From Phyllosticta citribraziliensis (Eukaryota), in NCBI RefSeq assembly GCF_038025025.1, contig NW_027117344.1, positions 496,001 to 560,000 of the forward strand: a DNA stretch of 64,000 nucleotides. The letters run 5' to 3'. Of the stretch, positions 25,482-37,160 are shown one piece after another; position 1 is the stretch's first letter, and each line of letters begins with the position of its first letter. The translations under genes and the position numbers were made by a program. The notes below the pieces were generated by a model, which was given only the letters and a program-made list of their open reading frames with translations, was not told the DNA's origin and did no database searches.

Positions 25482-28092
25482 GGTTCGTGTCGTTGGACTC
25501 TGATCAGGTATGTATGCGGCGGATAGCTTACTAGACGTCGGTAAGCCTACCCTGCCTCTGTTGATCGTGATACTACATAGATCGAAGGCCGTTGTGTGTA
25601 TGACGCGGTGGTGGCATCACGCCGTTTTGCCCAGCCCAGCCCAGCCCGCTCCAGTCTGGCATACCCAGCGGACCATCCGACCGTTGACTGTTTTATTTCT
25701 GTTTTTACCCGCGCCACGCCCTTTTTGCCGGCCGGCTGCTGGTGTCGAGGCGAGGCGCCGCGAGGCGGGCGTGTCGAGTCGAGTCGAGTCGAGTGTCGGC
25801 AGGCGAGGCGGCAGCGGAGTGGTTTGGGCAACAACTAATGCTGTTTCTGGCTACAACTGCTACTACTGCTGCGCCGTTCATACATAACTACATATGTATA
25901 GCTGCGGACGAAACGGCGATTGGTCATGTTTGGAGATAATGGACGACGGACAGGGGTAAGGGGCAGGGTTGGTGGTCGGTGTGTCTGTGTAGGCCATCCG
26001 ATGCTGATTTCCCGCAACGGCGATCATGATTGTGATTGTGATGGAGCTGAGCTGAGCTGGCTGAGGCGCGTTGGAAGGGACACTATGTGCGCAACGGTGT
26101 CGACGTCAGCAGCGGAAAGCAGCGGATAAATGGGATAGGTGGGTGCTTTCTGTGCTTATAACAGCGTTGGCTTCATCTCATAAAAGAGAAGAGCAAGTGA
26201 CAAGCGTACTTGGCACATACGACAGACAAAACAGCGCGATTGGCTCGACGCGATATAAAAAAAGAATGGTCCTATGTGATGGTGCCTGCATAACAGACGT
26301 CATGCCCTGCAGCGAGCCGCTGCTGCATATGCAAGCCGTGCGGGAAAAAGAAAGAGTGGAAAGAAAGAAGGAAAGAAAGAAGGAAAAAGGAAAAAGATAC
26401 TTTTGAGAAAAGAAGAGAAAGGGGAGACGTTTTGAGAAAAAGGAAGATGTGAGTGAGGCTCTACCGTGTGTTGCAGGGGGAGAGGTATACAACACCCGTC
26501 GCCCTCTCCTTCAACGTCGCAACAAGACCACTCACTCAAAGGAGACGATGATGACGCAGAGAGAAAGGACAGAGTACAGACAGAGCAACAAACACCACCA
26601 GCCGCACCGGCACCGGCACCGCACAAGCCCCCAGTCTACTCCCCAAGCGCTGTCGGGGATGAGGATAAGCGAAGCTCGCTTGCATGGATCTCGGCGTCGC
26701 GTGGAAGCCATGGCCTATTTTTTTCCACCCATTCCACCCCCGATGGAACCCACTCCACTCTCATGCATGCAAGCAAGCACACGGACACGGACGCTGGCAG
26801 AGCGGAGCGAGCGGAGAGAAAGTGGACGGAGGGGCCACGGACGGGGACAAGGAAGGCACAGGGCACGGATTGTGTGCTGCTACCTATATAGGTGTACGTT
26901 TGGCGAAGGTGTTTACATGGTGATGGAAGCGACCTTTCTTGGGTTGGGCTGGGAGGGCAGGGGAGAGAGAGAGGGACGTGTGCTTGCTGCAAGCGACTTG
27001 CTAGGGTGCGTGATGTAGATGGGTACGGTAGGGCACCTAGTTCGTTAGCGACATGAGATATTTGGGTATAGTTGGCGCGTCGCGTGGGCGAGAGCATGGC
27101 AGTAAGGTACCGATCTCTCACGCGTCAGCTACTTGAACCGACTGGCAGGCTGGCAGGCTGGTTGGCCAATTGATGGATGCATTCATTCATCTTGCATGTG
27201 ACAGACACCACAAGCAAAGCCAAAAAGCCAGGGACCGAGACGAACAAACTCTCCCATCAGCAATTGGCGCGTGTGGTAAACACCAATCGAGACACGCAGT
27301 AGCAGTAGCAGGAGTAGGTACATGTACGGATGGCGCAATCCAGCATTTCGAGATTGCGCAACGACCTACGCCTGTCATGTAGCAGGTGGAAGAGAAACGA
27401 AGGCTTTGGTACGGAGTAGGTACATGTAGATTGCGCAACAGGCCAACCAACGGACCAAGTAAACGCATTGCGCAAGCAAGCAAGCAAGCACCAGCACCAG
27501 CTCGCCTAACCACCACCACCACGGCTGTCGCGTCGCGTCGCGTCAATGTTTAACAGAGCAGAGAGAAGTAAGCCGGGCACACAAGCTTTCGCTTCGCAGC
27601 GCCCGTCTGGTTTCCACGCGTCCGTCGCGCGTGCTTGTGTCGAGCCAAGCCCCGCCGTCACTGCTGCTCCCACCATCCCATCCATGATCCATCCCATCAT
27701 CTCATGTGCTTCACGTTCAGTAAACGAGCTTGCTGCTCCTCCTTCTCCTCCACATCATCAGCAGCAGCATCTGCCGCTACATCCTGCGGATCTCTCCGCG
27801 AAACCCCGCCCCGCCGCCATCCCAACCCATCTCATCCCGTTCCATCCACCTAGGTACAATCACAAGGGAAACAAAAACCCGCGGGATGCGGAAAATTTCA
27901 TCCATCCCCACGGATACTGCTCCTTCCCGTGTCTCTCCATGACTTCCTTCTGACTCCTACCAGGTGGTCGGGAGGAGAATTAGTCCCTTGCTTCGTGGCT
28001 AACGACGGGCGCTCGGGTCCCCGCATTCGCTTCTCGTCAGGTCCGAGACGAGACGTTCCATGTGCAAACAAACCAGCAACGACAAGAGGAAG

Positions 28093-28114
28093 AAAAAAAA
28101 AAAAAAAAAAAAAA
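28093..28114. repeat. Poly(A)22 tract
   Basis: Read directly from the sequence. Confidence 0.9.
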
Positions 28115-29083
28115 GGTCATGGCCGAAAACGCTACCTCCCGGTTGGACAAGCTCCAGAAAGGGTACAGCGCCGTGCCTTGGCAGAGGCCCTTTCGTTTGC
28201 TTGCCGACTAGTCTCGGTGCTTGCTTGGAGCACTGTCTAGATTTAGAAGCGAGGTAGCTCAAGGGTCGGTCGGCTCTTGGTTGTAAGTAGTCATGTCATG
28301 CGTGTGGCCTGAGGCGAGGCACAGAGCGGAGGGAGTGCCCTGCCTTGCGGATGTGGCTGTGGCTGGCTGGCAGGCTGGTTCGCAGAGCGCGACCCTTGCT
28401 CCTAGCCTTGCGCAAGGCTCGGGCGCGCAAAAACCCAAAACCATCGTGTCCAACGACAGAGACCAGAGTGCTGCAGATTGGGGCCGTTTTGGCCGTGGTG
28501 ATTATTCACGTTCTGCCGAAACTTGTTTAAAAGGGCCGTCGTGGTTGGTCGGCGGCACGCATCATTTCTTGCGAATAATTTCAATAAACTTGTCCATGTC
28601 GCCGACGCTGCGGAACGCCAGTATCTCTACCAATGGCGGCGGAGGAAACGTGCAGACCGAGGCAGATTAGACACTTGAGAGATTACGGGCACTTCCCCTT
28701 CACAAGTCTTGAGACTTTGAATGTGTCTCGTCCTTGTGGAGATGATGATGACAAGTGCATGAATAACATGGCCTATCGTTTGCGTCAGGGCCGGGGAACT
28801 CGCGCAAGGGGTAGCATCCTGGTGCTTTGGCAGAGTCTTGACGAACGGGCAGAGACACTTGTCACGTCTTGGAACTGCGCCCGATCGGGGTCTATGCTGC
28901 CGACTGGGTGGTCATCCCTGGGGGTTGCTCGAGGTCATGGCATCCCGTCGTCGATCACGCTGGGTTGACTGCACCCGACGCGCTGCGGGTGGTCAGACAG
29001 CGGATGCCCCTGTACGACGGGCGAGTGACAGCTTGGATGACATTGGCTGCGGTGTCTTGGCGCAAGACGCAGGAGTGCATAGC

Positions 29084-30299
29084 TCAGGTGTGCGCGCCAA
29101 AGTCTTGTTTGAGCGCCTCGAGAAGCTTCTTGTTATCCAAGTCGTCGTGGTCGGTGTTGTCGCGGTGGTCTTGACCAGGTCGGCCCACGTTGGCCTCTGA
29201 CATGATTTGGCCGTCGGGCCCCAGCAATTGGTCTAACTCTAGCGCTTCCTTCTTGCTCTGGCGGTAGAATTCGTCCTCCAAGATGAAGCCCTGTGGCAAC
29301 GGCGCATCGCTCTGCGGGAGGACCTTGATGGTCGGAAATTCAATCACTACCTGGTCGCGCAAGGCTTCGGTCAGGGTGGATTCGGGGGAGAGCGGAATCA
29401 GCACTCGAGGCTGCGAGGCAGGAATGTAAGGTTTGAGCAAGTAGAAGGAGCACGCATCGACCGGATTCATCTCTTGATGTCTAGGTTCGGGTCCTTCGGC
29501 CGAGCCGGTGGTCTGCCGTGCGTCGTCGGCGGCGTGGTGGGTTGCTGACAAGTCACCGAGTTGGTTGGGAGCTTCCGGATTGGGCTTGGCAAGCTTGCCG
29601 GGCAGAGATGGTGTCTTGTCGAGGTCCGAGAGCCTTCTCTTTTTGCCGTGGGATTTGGCTCTGGGGCGGTACGAGAGTGCAAGCGGGTCGTCGGCGTTGG
29701 TGTCACACAAGTCTCGGGAGCCGTCGGGGTGCAGCCACTCAACGGTCCATATAACCCGATGCCTATGCACAAGTCAGCCATGTGCATGCTGTCAGATGGG
29801 TGTTGTGGGTGGCTTGCCCCTTTACGGATCGCGTCCTGTTGGTCGTTTGGCGGCTCATGCCCACGGGGGCCCTGTCGACGACGATGCGATTTTCGGCCAA
29901 GTAGTGGAGCAACTTTTGGGGGTTGCGCGGACGCTGATCCAGGCCGATGCGCTGGGCGTTTTCGTCGGCGCGTTGCATGGAGCGCTCCAGCGAGGTGAGG
30001 AAGTTGTAGTCGCGGTCAACGCCGGCCGGGGTGAGCAGTTGGCTCTTCTTGACGTAGGCGGCGGGATCGCGTTTGCCATTGCACTGGGCCCACTGGCGAT
30101 GGCGCTGGACACATGGCAGCGAACAGGTGCGGACGTCGTCGCGCGGACAGCGATACTTGGGGGGGTTTCTGTTGCTGCGGGGAATTCAGCCAGGTGAGCA
30201 AGCAGGCGGTAGCAGGCAGTGGGTGTCACGGCAGACGATGGAAATTTTGGGTGCTTACCAGATGCGACACAGGTCGGTCAGCAAGGGCTCTTCGGGCAT
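29084..30299 (-). CDS. BCD1: Box C/D snoRNA assembly factor, HIT zinc-finger protein, ~358 aa; exons 30299-30259, 30174-29818, 29762-29084
   Basis: LCRICNRNPPKYRCPRDDVRTCSLPCVQRHRQWAQCNGKRDP, DRDYNFL, APVGMSR..N.T....VIWTVEW, TLTEALRDQVVIEFPTIKV. The second intron must be GC-AG. Confidence 0.9.
29763..29817 (-). other. Non-canonical GC-AG intron (55 nt) in BCD1
   Basis: Donor GG|GCAAGC, branch GCTGAC, acceptor CATAG|. This is the only nearby junction that gives the phase needed to join RSVK-G-HRVIWTVEW. Confidence 0.8.
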
Positions 30300-31176
30300 G
30301 GCTGGCTGGCGGAGTCAGGTCAGCGCGGGCGAGCGAGCAGAGTGTGGGCTGGACATGTGGTGGTGACGGTATTGATTTCCTTGACTTGACGATGGTGGAG
30401 ATGGAGTCAGTGGCTGGCGGTGGGGAAGAAAAAAGTCGGGCCCTAGCACTAACCGGCGGCCGGGTTCCAGGGTCTGGGGGAGGTGCCTCGGTCTTGCCGC
30501 CCGCCTACTGCTGCACCGTCGCTTCTGCTGTGCACTGCAGTCCTACAGTGCTCCAACAATAATTCGTGTGGCTGGGCCTTTTCGATGGTGTTTCACAACG
30601 GCAGCGCGCCACCATCAATCTGCCACGCGCAGACCAGACCACACCACACCAGACGGCCGCGTCGGGCTGACTGCAGAGCAGACCTCACAGTCGCAGTGGG
30701 TCTGGCGCGTGCCTGGCGCTAGCGTCGGTTTGAGCAGATGGCTGACAGACCAATTCCTCTTTGAACGGATTCCACGCGGACGGCTGCCGCCGTCTGGGAT
30801 CTCGTGCTGGCCGCTGCGGCTTGCCTCAATCAAACTCTCCAGGCGGCGCCGGCCGCGACATTGCTAGTCCTCTGCCCCCCCCGGTCGCCAATCTCAGGCG
30901 AACAGGAGCAAGCCAAGCTACCCCCGTCCTGGCCCGCCTATCTGAAATCAATGTCCTCCACGACTTCCCCCTTCAGCCTCGACTCTCCGCTTCACTCCCA
31001 AAACTAGTCGCCCGCCCGACTCCACCCACGCCCCTTGGTCCATTGCCAGACGTCCAATTCCTCAAGACGCCGCCTCTTCGCTGAAGACGCCCACCCCGAG
31101 GGCCAACTTGGTCTCTCTCCCCTCCGACCTCCTGCCGCTGCTACCCTCAACTACCCTCCCCCCATCGACACCCGTC

Positions 31177-34116
31177 ATGGCGCCCTCTCTGACCCTGCGT
31201 CCGCGCACTCGCGACGCTGAGCGCCCCTCGACCAGCCAGGGTGAGAACAGTCTCTTTATTCCCAGCCGGACTTCGTCGCTCCACTCGCGCATCACCCAGC
31301 CGCTGCCCTCCCAGCTAAATGCCAAACCCGGCCAGCGCACCCCAAAGACCCTCACCCACGCCTACATGGTGTGCGGTGTGGGGCGCGAGCCTTCGCAGTG
31401 GGTCAAGGCTCCTCCTCCAGCCCAGGGCAAGATCCAGCACATGAAGGGTGCCGTCAGCCAGTTCTGGCTGCCCGAGATTCTCGGTTCCAGTCCGCGTCTC
31501 GAGCAAGACAATGAGATTGCTCGTTCGTTGCACGCTGCCATGCGCGTAAGTTGCCCCAATTGCTCCGTTGCCTCCTCAATGCCTCTGCTGACCGCTTCCA
31601 CAGGCTTGCTTTCCCCATGATGTCGAGATTTGTACCGGACGGAACCAACCCCACTGTGTCCACCACTCGTTCGTTCTCCAACAGGACTCGTCTCACACGC
31701 TCTACGGCATCGCTCTTCGCGTCTGGTCTCGCGCCGACGACAAGAGGGCTGAAACGATCCGCGAGCTTCGCAAGCGCACCGAACCCGACTATTACGAGCA
31801 GTCTGATGAAACGTACTGGATCCCCTACTGTTTGAGCTTTCTGTCCAGGTACCCTCTGTACGACCTCCTTGGCGACTACCTTCGCGGAATGTGGATTCAC
31901 TGGAACAAGGCCACCAATCTTTTCCATGCTGAGGAAGTTTCGCGCATTCTGAGTTTTCCTGCCCCGCGCTTGAATGACTTGGTCAGAATCGACATGAAGG
32001 ACTATGCCCTGTGCTACCAATTCCCGTCTTCGCCCACCGGCTTCCAGAACTTCGCCATGTGGCCGCTCTTCACGTGTCTGTCGATCCCAAACATTGTTGG
32101 CGTCGTCGAAGCCGCTGTGTCGCCGACTCGCAGGATCATCTTTGTTTCTCACTACGCCGCCATGCTGACCGTGGCTGCCGAGACTTTGCGTTATCTGGTT
32201 CGTGTTTACGAGTGGAGCGGTCTCTACGTTCCCGTCGTTCACGCTCGCCATGCCAAGAGCCTGGTCGACGAACCGGGTCCGTACATTCTTGGCGTGACCG
32301 CCGAATGTCGAACCTTATTCTCCGCGCCTAACGACGCCCTGCTCGTCGACTTGGACCGCAACTTCGTTCTGACCTCGAACCCTCCAAACGCCCTCACTCC
32401 GGGTCAGCGCAACAAGATGATCAACCGCATGACCCAGGCTCTCAACGGTGAAGTCGTTCCTTCTGGCGTCCCGCAGCATCTCCGGTCCGCGTACGGTGGT
32501 GGTAAGCTTGTTCCTGCCGGACAAATCATTGTGATGCGCGGCGAGGTCGAGAGCATCCAGAGTCCGGAATGGTGGAAACAGGACAGCGTCATGAACGTCA
32601 TGGATCACATGTGCGAGAAACTGGTAAGCTAATCGATCCGGATCATCCCAGGGACTGCGCTGACATGAACTAGGGCCGCAACACTGGCGTCAAGGCCATC
32701 TTTGGTGGCGCCCAAAAGAAACCATTGATGACCAAGGTGTCGATGAGGCACCTCAACGAGATCGTCCGCGAACGCAACCAGTATTCTCGCGACGCCATGG
32801 AGGCATGGCAGGACTACATCAACCTGAAGGGCCGGATGGACACGGAAATCACCAAGGTGTCCAAGAGGAACAACTTTCTCGTCGAGGAGTTGGAGAGCTG
32901 GAAGCAGCAATTCCTCAAGTTCCAGTCGTTTGCTGAGCAACTCACCAAGGAAACGCAGGATCTCAAGGTCAAGATTGAGCATCACAAGAAAGAAAATCGC
33001 CGCCTCTCCAACCTGATCGATCAGCAAAAGGACGATGCTGCCAGGCTCACCGTTCGCCTCTCTGGAACCGAGAAGCAGCGCGACGACGCCCTCGAGGCGT
33101 TGGTGCTCCAGCAAGAAATTGCCGAAGAGTTGGAGCGCGAGAGGAAGCGCAACAGGAAAGAGCTCAGCTCGCTCGAATCGTCCAACTCGGGCCTCATGCG
33201 CCAGCGGGACGAGGCACAGCGCGTGGTTCTGCATCTGCGCGCCCTCATCGACGGCCAGGCTCACCACATGGAACACATTGTCAAGTCCCTCGCCAACGAC
33301 CCCGACTTTACCGAGTTGATCGAGTCGGCTTCCGAGGCCGCACGCGAGCAGCAGTCTGTTACCGAAAACGAAAACGAGGACGAGGCGACGGAGCATGGCA
33401 GCGAGCGTTCAGAAGAAGAATCAGAGGTTGGTACCATCCGTGGGGTCGACGGTGTGGATTCTCGCACCTCTTCGCGGGCTCATAGCCGAAGTAGCCATCT
33501 TGACGGCGAAGATTTCAGCCCCAACATGGAAAACCGCCTCTTCAACAGCCCGAACTCGCGCAAGCGCCTCTCTCAAATCAGCATTGCCGATGTTGCCGAC
33601 AGGCACCTTCGCGACAAGACCGACGCCATTGCCTACATCATCAGGAACATTTCTGAGCAGTGCGCTGCCGCTGTCGAGGGTCTGCATCTCGCGCAACGCG
33701 CCGAGAGTGACGAGGAGAGCAGCAACGGACACCAGCGGAACAAGTCCGTCTCTTCCGAGGGAACTGTTGACGGTGGTGACAACACCACTGCTGCCAGCGA
33801 CGTTGGCGACGACGATACTTCGTACCTGCGCCCGTCCAACAGGCACTCGAGCATCCCGCCAACTCCGGATCTCATTCACAACCGTTCTAGCACGTCCATG
33901 TCGGTGGCTTCGACGGCTACAACGCCCGATCGGCGTTCTCTCCAACACTATAAGCACGAGGAAGTCCCTGACGTGCCAACCAAAATCGTCGAAGACGATG
34001 AGTCCTTTCGTGACGCACAAGAGGAGATCCACCACCACATTGCGCCAGTCTCAAAGTATGCGCACAACATTCGACGGACGTCGTCTGGCCGGCCTCTCGC
34101 TGATCGATCGAGTTAA
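31177..34116 (+). CDS. DENN-domain (Rab GEF-type) protein with C-terminal coiled coil, ~943 aa; exons 31177-31545, 31604-32623, 32674-34116
   Basis: uDENN/DENN motifs ACFPHDVEI, HSFVLQQD..TLYG, YWIPYCLSFLSRYPLY, PLFTCLS, RRIIFVS, YVPVVH, PGPYILG, LVDLD; heptad-rich third exon. Both introns are GTAAG..YAG and in frame. The 3' end may be alternatively spliced (see findings). Confidence 0.92.
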
Positions 34117-35558
34117 GCGCGAGTCTTTGGCACTAGAGCCCGGTCCAAGCAACAGAGACTCCACCATGTCGTCTAGGTCAATCCCCACCATTAGGGTGGA
34201 AGAGGATCGATCCGGAGAAAGCTGGTTTGACGCCGATGAAGGAGCCCAAGGCAGTTCCGACGAAACGTCTCAGGATGACCCTTTCACGTCTGCCCGGGCA
34301 AGCCCAGCACCCGATCGCTGAGGGAATGATGAGGCAATACCCCATTACACTGTTTTGTTTCAAGCACCGTTTCTTTCTAGTCGTTTCTTTGCGTTTTCTG
34401 CGTCGACTTGATATTTTGGTGGAGTTTTGATTGGTTGTTCACTTCTCCCCCGTCGCTTTTGCCTCATGACGAAACGGGTATCCTTTGGAAAGCGCTCCCC
34501 GAATTTGCTTTGCTTTGACCACATCATGTGCAGCTCTGCCATCTGAAAATTGGCTGCCCCTTTTCTTTCTCGCATCTCCAACGATCTTTGCAACCACCCT
34601 TTTTTTCTTTGCTTTGCATCTCAACACCCCATCAACAGTCAGCATCGATTCCCTTGACGCAGCGGCTTTTTGGATATACGTTACCCATGGCCGACCCATC
34701 ACAACTTCCCTCACATTCACGTCGCTACATCACTCCCATTTCCTTGTGTGCGAACAAAATTTCTAGCAGGCTTGTCTTCCGTTGGATTGCGAGCCGGAGG
34801 TTTATATAGACTTCCAGGTCTAAATTTGTACATAATCCAGGTCCATCCAAGGATTCTGTTTAATCCAGGCCGCCGGCCATCATCACCTTCAAACACCGCA
34901 AACGGGGCTTTGCGTCGAAACTGTCGCAGCGCCAAGGATTGATGGCTGGGTTGCAAATCCCGGTAGCCATGTGGTTGTCAAGCTTCGCGACAAGCCTTGG
35001 ACGGGCGCTTATTATGAGTTACTCCTGCAATCCACAGCGAGCAAATGACTGAAGCGACGGTGCCAGGCCACGACTGTTGGTGTTGACTCTGGCCAGACTC
35101 AGCCCACGACCGCTTGGGACAAGGCTGCTGTGGGAAAATCAAATGTGGTCGACAGGAACGAGACGGCGTAGGCTGGATGGGGGCGCAGCGACCAGGGCAG
35201 AGACAGCGCAAATACGAGCTACAGCGCCAATAGCCCCATCATCTCTCGGGAGGCGTTGGTGGACTCGTCCAGCTTCACTGGCGCCCTTTTGTCCAGTGGC
35301 GGCGTTCGCGCTCTAGCTGCTGCGCTGCGCTGCGCCTGGCCTTGTGGCCCCAATCGTGTGTCTCGTGGCCTGCTTTGAAGCGAAGACAATAACAGTAGGT
35401 CTGCAGCCTTGCGTCTTGCTCTCTTGATCCATCATCTTCATCGAAGTCTCTCGTTTTTCTCCGTCTGCTTTGTGTTGCACCCGACGATCCTTGCTCGATT
35501 TTGCCAGTGGCTTTCGACCACCAACCACCACAGGAGTAGCAGCAGCACCCCTGTCAAG

Positions 35559-37160
35559 ATGGTCCCTCCGCACTCGATGCTGACGCTCCCTCTCGTCTCT
35601 CTTTTGGCCTTTTCGCGCTTCGCCCGCGCCGACGACAGCGACAACAGCGGCGACGACGCCTCAGCAAACCAAGACCTGAAGCAAAACTCGGCCAACTGCA
35701 GCTGCTACGCCATCGGCTCCGGGTCGCACAACTCGAGCGAGTACTTCTCGTACCACCGCTTCTACGACTTCCGCTCGCTGGCCACGTCGGCGGACCAGTA
35801 CACGGTGCCCGACGTCGTCAGCAACGACGAGGACCAGGGGACCGAGCCCGTCGCCGCCGACGATGCGGGCTACTTTAATGGCACGCAGTTTATGAATGAC
35901 TGGGATATCCAGAGTTGGACGAGCAATGCGACGGCGGATTTTCCGGTGCGCATGGTTAATACGGCGCAGAATGTTTATATCAGTATGTTTGTTGGTCTTT
36001 GCTTGAGCACCACCGCACCCCCTGGCGCGAGTTATGCCCCCTTGATACTTTCCCTCGCTCTTTCCCCACGCAAAACTGGAGCACCAGGCTAACGGCAGCA
36101 ACGCACAGCGCAATCCAACGCCAGCGACACGGGCAACAGCGACAGCGAGTACCCAACATACCTCACCATGCGAGTGGCGCGGCTAGCCGACTTCAGCTCA
36201 GCGTCCGAGCTGGCCAACAACCAAGCCAACATGCTGCACGCGTCGGTGCGCATGTGGGCGCGGGTGGTGGGCGCGTCGGGCGCGTGCGCGGGCTTCTTCA
36301 CGTACTACGACGACGACAACGAGTCGGACATCGAGATCCTGACGCAGTACGGGCCCAACGAGTACCAATACACGAACCAGCCGAGCGTGGACAAGGGGGG
36401 CGACGAGATCGAGGCGGCGAGCATCAACGTCACCATGCCGGCCAGCGACGGCGCGGGCGAGGACTGGACGCAGTGGCACGAGCACCGCATCGACTGGCTG
36501 CCGCACCGCGTCAACTGGTACCTCGACGGCAAGATGGTCGCGACCAACACGTACAGCGTGCCCCGCAAGCCCAGCGCCCTGTACCTCAACATGTGGAGCA
36601 ATGGCGGCTCGTGGAGCGGCAACATGACCGAGGGCGATGCCGCCGAGTTCCATGTCCAGTGGGTGCAGATGGTGTTCAACACCAGCGGGCCGCGCGCCGG
36701 GCCCGACGCTGATAGCAAGCGCAAACGGCGCAGCGTCGACCTGTTGGAGGAGCGCGAGTGGATGGAGGAGCAGTTCGGCACGACGGGCGGCAGCTCTGCC
36801 GTGGTGCGGCGCGGTTGGGACAGCGACGTCGAGGACGACGACGACTTCTCCTCTTCCCCCTCTTCCAGCGTGTGGGACTGGCCGGCCGGCATGGTCGACT
36901 CGCTGAGCAGCTGGGCCGACAAGAGCAAGAGCAAGAGCAAGGCGAAGAAGCGCAGCAGTGGCATCCCTGTGCTGGAGAAGCGCAAGAAGCACAAGGCCGC
37001 CCAGGGCTGCAGCACCATCTGCCGCGTCGACGGCGTCGAGGCCGTCGGCTACCCCGAGGTCGCGTATGTGTCGACGGGCGGCGCGGCGAGCGTCGTCTGC
37101 AGGCATGGCGCCGTGTGGTTGGTTGTGGCGGCTGTTGGCGCGCTGTTGGCGTGGGCGTAG
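35559..37160 (+). CDS. Secreted glycoside hydrolase family 16 protein with hydrophobic, possibly GPI-signal C-terminus, ~491 aa; exons 35559-35982, 36109-37160
   Basis: Signal peptide MLTLPLVSLLAFSRFARA, HRFYDFR, GACAGFFTY, catalytic ESDIE (ExDxE), YTNQP, WHEHRIDW, LNMWSNGGSWSG, C-terminal AVWLVVAAVGALLAWA. Confidence 0.92.
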
